Shown piece after piece: positions 61,753-64,000 of a stretch of DNA of 64,000 nt. Numbering within the stretch: position 1 is the first letter of the stretch; every line of letters begins with the position of its first letter. This stretch comes from a virus. Lineage: Duplodnaviria; Caudoviricetes. The stretch lies in IMG/VR virus record IMGVR_UViG_3300013947_000021, positions 128,001 to 192,000 of that record; one strand, written 5' to 3'. The notes below the pieces were generated by a model that worked only from the letters and a program-made list of their open reading frames with translations, had not been told where the DNA came from and made no database searches. The position numbers and the translations under genes were made by a program.

Positions 61753-61767
61753 TAGGAGGGAATAAAA

Positions 61768-63342
61768 ATGGCTAGTTATGTACCCGTAACAAATATACTC
61801 GAATTCCCTATGGCCTTTGTGCCTACTGGAGCATTCCCGATTGATGGTAGATCAATGTTTGGTTCCTATGCTGAAGCAGTTACTGCTGCAGGTACTGTAG
61901 GAACTGAAGGGTCCAAATATTATATCGGTATGGCTCTTACTGTATATGAGAATGATACTGTTAAGATGTATCAGATCGCTGCAGATAAGACGCTTCAGGA
62001 AGTTGGTTCGGTAACTCTTACTGATGGTAAGACTATTGAATATGGTGATGATGGTAAGACCATCTCCCTTAAGAATTTTGGTAAGGAGTATTATGCATAT
62101 AAGCCTGCTGATAAGATTATTGCATCTTCTGATGAGTATTCTTATCCGGATAGCATGCCTGCTGCTCCTGCTGCAAATAGTTATGTAAAGATTGCAGAAG
62201 CTTGGTATAAATACGATGGCTCTGCTTGGGCCGTTGCTGATGCTGAGCCTGCAACTGCTGCTACCTATGTTAAGACTACTGGTTGGAAGGCTGGTGTTCA
62301 GCCTAAGGCAGTTCTTAATGCTGAAGGTAATGGCTTTGAGATTGCATGGTATGAGCCGTCTACTACTACGGTTGAGGGTGTCTCTGAAACTGTAAGCTCG
62401 CTCCAGACGACTGTTGATTCTCTTGTTCAGAATGTCAATGAGACTATTCCTGGTCAGATTGAAACTGCAGTTGGTGAAGAAGAAACTAGAGCTAAGGGTG
62501 TTGAGTCTGGTCTTAGAACCGATGTAGATACTAATACTGCTGCTATTACTAAACTTAATGGTGATGCTGAAACTGATGGTTCTGTGAAGAATCAGATTGC
62601 TGCAGCAATTGCTGGTATTATGAATAACCCGGATGAAACTATGAACTCTATTCAGGAGCTCGTAGACTGGGTAAATAGTCATAATACTGAAGCTACCACT
62701 ATGTCTAATAATATCAAGAAGAATACTGATGACATTAATACTATTAATACTCTTCTTGGTACTGCTCTTCCTGAGGGCACTACTGCTACTACTGTAATTG
62801 GTTATATTGCGGAGGCTGTTAAGGCTGAGGCAGACCGTGCTAAGGATGAAGAGGGTAAGAATGCTACTGCTATTGCAAATCTCAAGACTGCAGTTGAAGC
62901 AATTGATGTTACAGCTTTTGCTACTAAGGAACAGGGTCTCAAGGCAGATAGTGCTGTGCAGACTGTTGTTAAGGGTGAAACCAATGGTCATATTGCTGTA
63001 GATGGTGTTGATGTTGAGGTTTATACTGCTCCTATAGCATCTACTACTGCGCTTGGTCAGGTTCAGCTTGATGGTACTTCTATTACTGTAACTGATAAGG
63101 GTGTAGCATCTGTTGCTGCAGTTGATGCTACCAAGATTACTGGTCTTGATGGTAAGCTTACTGATACTCGGACTGCTGCTACTGAAGCTGCTAATACTTA
63201 TACTGATGAAAATGCAGTTGCTAAGACTGCTATCGTTGAGGATAGCACTAAGGCAGCAACATCGGTTGAAGCTGCATCTTCTGCAAAGGTTGTTTCTGAA
63301 AAGCTTCTTATGCAGTATCTTGAGTGGAAGACTGAGATGTAA
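61768..63342 (+). CDS. Tail fibre / virion appendage protein
   Basis: 524 aa; AFPIDGRS...YYIGM N-terminus, EETRAK/EADRAK coiled-coil repeats. Confidence 0.6.
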   Translation: MASYVPVTNILEFPMAFVPTGAFPIDGRSMFGSYAEAVTAAGTVGTEGSKYYIGMALTVYENDTVKMYQIAADKTLQEVGSVTLTDGKTIEYGDDGKTISLKNFGKEYYAYKPADKIIASSDEYSYPDSMPAAPAANSYVKIAEAWYKYDGSAWAVADAEPATAATYVKTTGWKAGVQPKAVLNAEGNGFEIAWYEPSTTTVEGVSETVSSLQTTVDSLVQNVNETIPGQIETAVGEEETRAKGVESGLRTDVDTNTAAITKLNGDAETDGSVKNQIAAAIAGIMNNPDETMNSIQELVDWVNSHNTEATTMSNNIKKNTDDINTINTLLGTALPEGTTATTVIGYIAEAVKAEADRAKDEEGKNATAIANLKTAVEAIDVTAFATKEQGLKADSAVQTVVKGETNGHIAVDGVDVEVYTAPIASTTALGQVQLDGTSITVTDKGVASVAAVDATKITGLDGKLTDTRTAATEAANTYTDENAVAKTAIVEDSTKAATSVEAASSAKVVSEKLLMQYLEWKTEM

Positions 63343-63467
63343 AATAAAATTAGTCAAGGGTAAGGAAAATCTTACCCTTGATTTTCTTTTTCAGAACATA
63401 ATTATAAATCTATGAGAAAAATATAAATCATAGAAAAATTTTTAATTATCCAGGAGGAATTTAAGAT

Positions 63468-64000
63468 ATGCTTACTTGGCATTATATAACTAGAAAAGCT
63501 TTTGATGATGCAGCAGAAGCAACTAAGACTGCTGACAAGCTTTATTTTATTTCTGATACGCATGAAATCTATAAGGGCACTCAGCTCTTCAATGAGTCTG
63601 TTACTCTCGTAGAAGAGTTCCCGGCTGCTGGTGGTGCAGTTGGAAGACTTTATGTCGATTCTACTACGCTTGAGGGTAAGATTTGGACTGGTGCTGCTTG
63701 GACCACTGTTATTCAGCCTGTTCAGGCTACGCTTACCGCTTCTGATACTGCTAAGCCGGTTTCTGGTAAGGCAGTTGCAGACTACGTTTCTGGTGAGATT
63801 GCAAAGGTAACTGGCTCGAAGGATCTTGTTACTGGTGTTGCATATGATGCAAATGGTAATAAGCTCACTGTTACGATGGCTGATACTACCACGACAGATG
63901 TTCCGCTTACTGGCACTGCAGTAGATCTTACTTATGATTCGACTACTGGCGAACTTAAGGTTAAGAATGCTTCTGGTACTGCTCTTGGTACTGGTGTTAA
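63468..64000 (+). CDS. Tail-fibre-like protein, N-terminal part (runs off right edge)
   Basis: Not in ORF track. AGGAGG SD, promoter AACA-TAATTA-TA 63395-63406; MLTWHYIT...LYFISDTHEIYKG resembles 59824. Confidence 0.7.
   Translation, partial: MLTWHYITRKAFDDAAEATKTADKLYFISDTHEIYKGTQLFNESVTLVEEFPAAGGAVGRLYVDSTTLEGKIWTGAAWTTVIQPVQATLTASDTAKPVSGKAVADYVSGEIAKVTGSKDLVTGVAYDANGNKLTVTMADTTTTDVPLTGTAVDLTYDSTTGELKVKNASGTALGTGV

Noticed and set aside
60823-63357. Long minus-strand ORFs (302 and 501 aa) opposite the fibre genes
   Set aside because: S/I/C-rich antisense shadows of GCT/ACT-rich coding strands
1-64000. Stop-codon reassignment and tRNA genes
   Set aside because: Conserved genes are intact in the standard code with dense packing; no tRNA cloverleaf recognised by eye (tRNAscan-SE not run)

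Overview
An AT-rich 64 kb segment of a jumbo phage of the AR9/PBS1/phiKZ-related type, probably infecting a Firmicute (LysM amidase endolysin, strong SD sites). It encodes head genes (major capsid protein, T4 gp21-like prohead protease, large terminase), a beta-prime subunit of a multisubunit RNA polymerase, and a family-B DNA polymerase interrupted by a 352-nt ORF-less group I intron. It also has an SF2 helicase, RNase H, ThyX, dTMP kinase, a GroEL-like chaperonin, tail-fibre-like proteins and a tandem array of ~190-aa paralogues. Two promoter classes can be read from the DNA: a 17-bp TATAWTATWWWTATGAR motif (12 copies, early-type genes) and an AR9-like MACW-N6-TA motif (about 20 copies, structural and replication genes). 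The most unusual signal is four intergenic non-coding units (10525-10619, 38313-38493, 38524-38670, 47832-47992, all minus strand). Each has a promoter, a 5' hairpin, a pyrimidine-rich stretch complementary to Shine-Dalgarno/start-codon regions, and a terminator. Several segments match translation-initiation regions of genes in this window, suggesting a phage anti-RBS small-RNA system. All calls are by eye; no database search or folding program was run.
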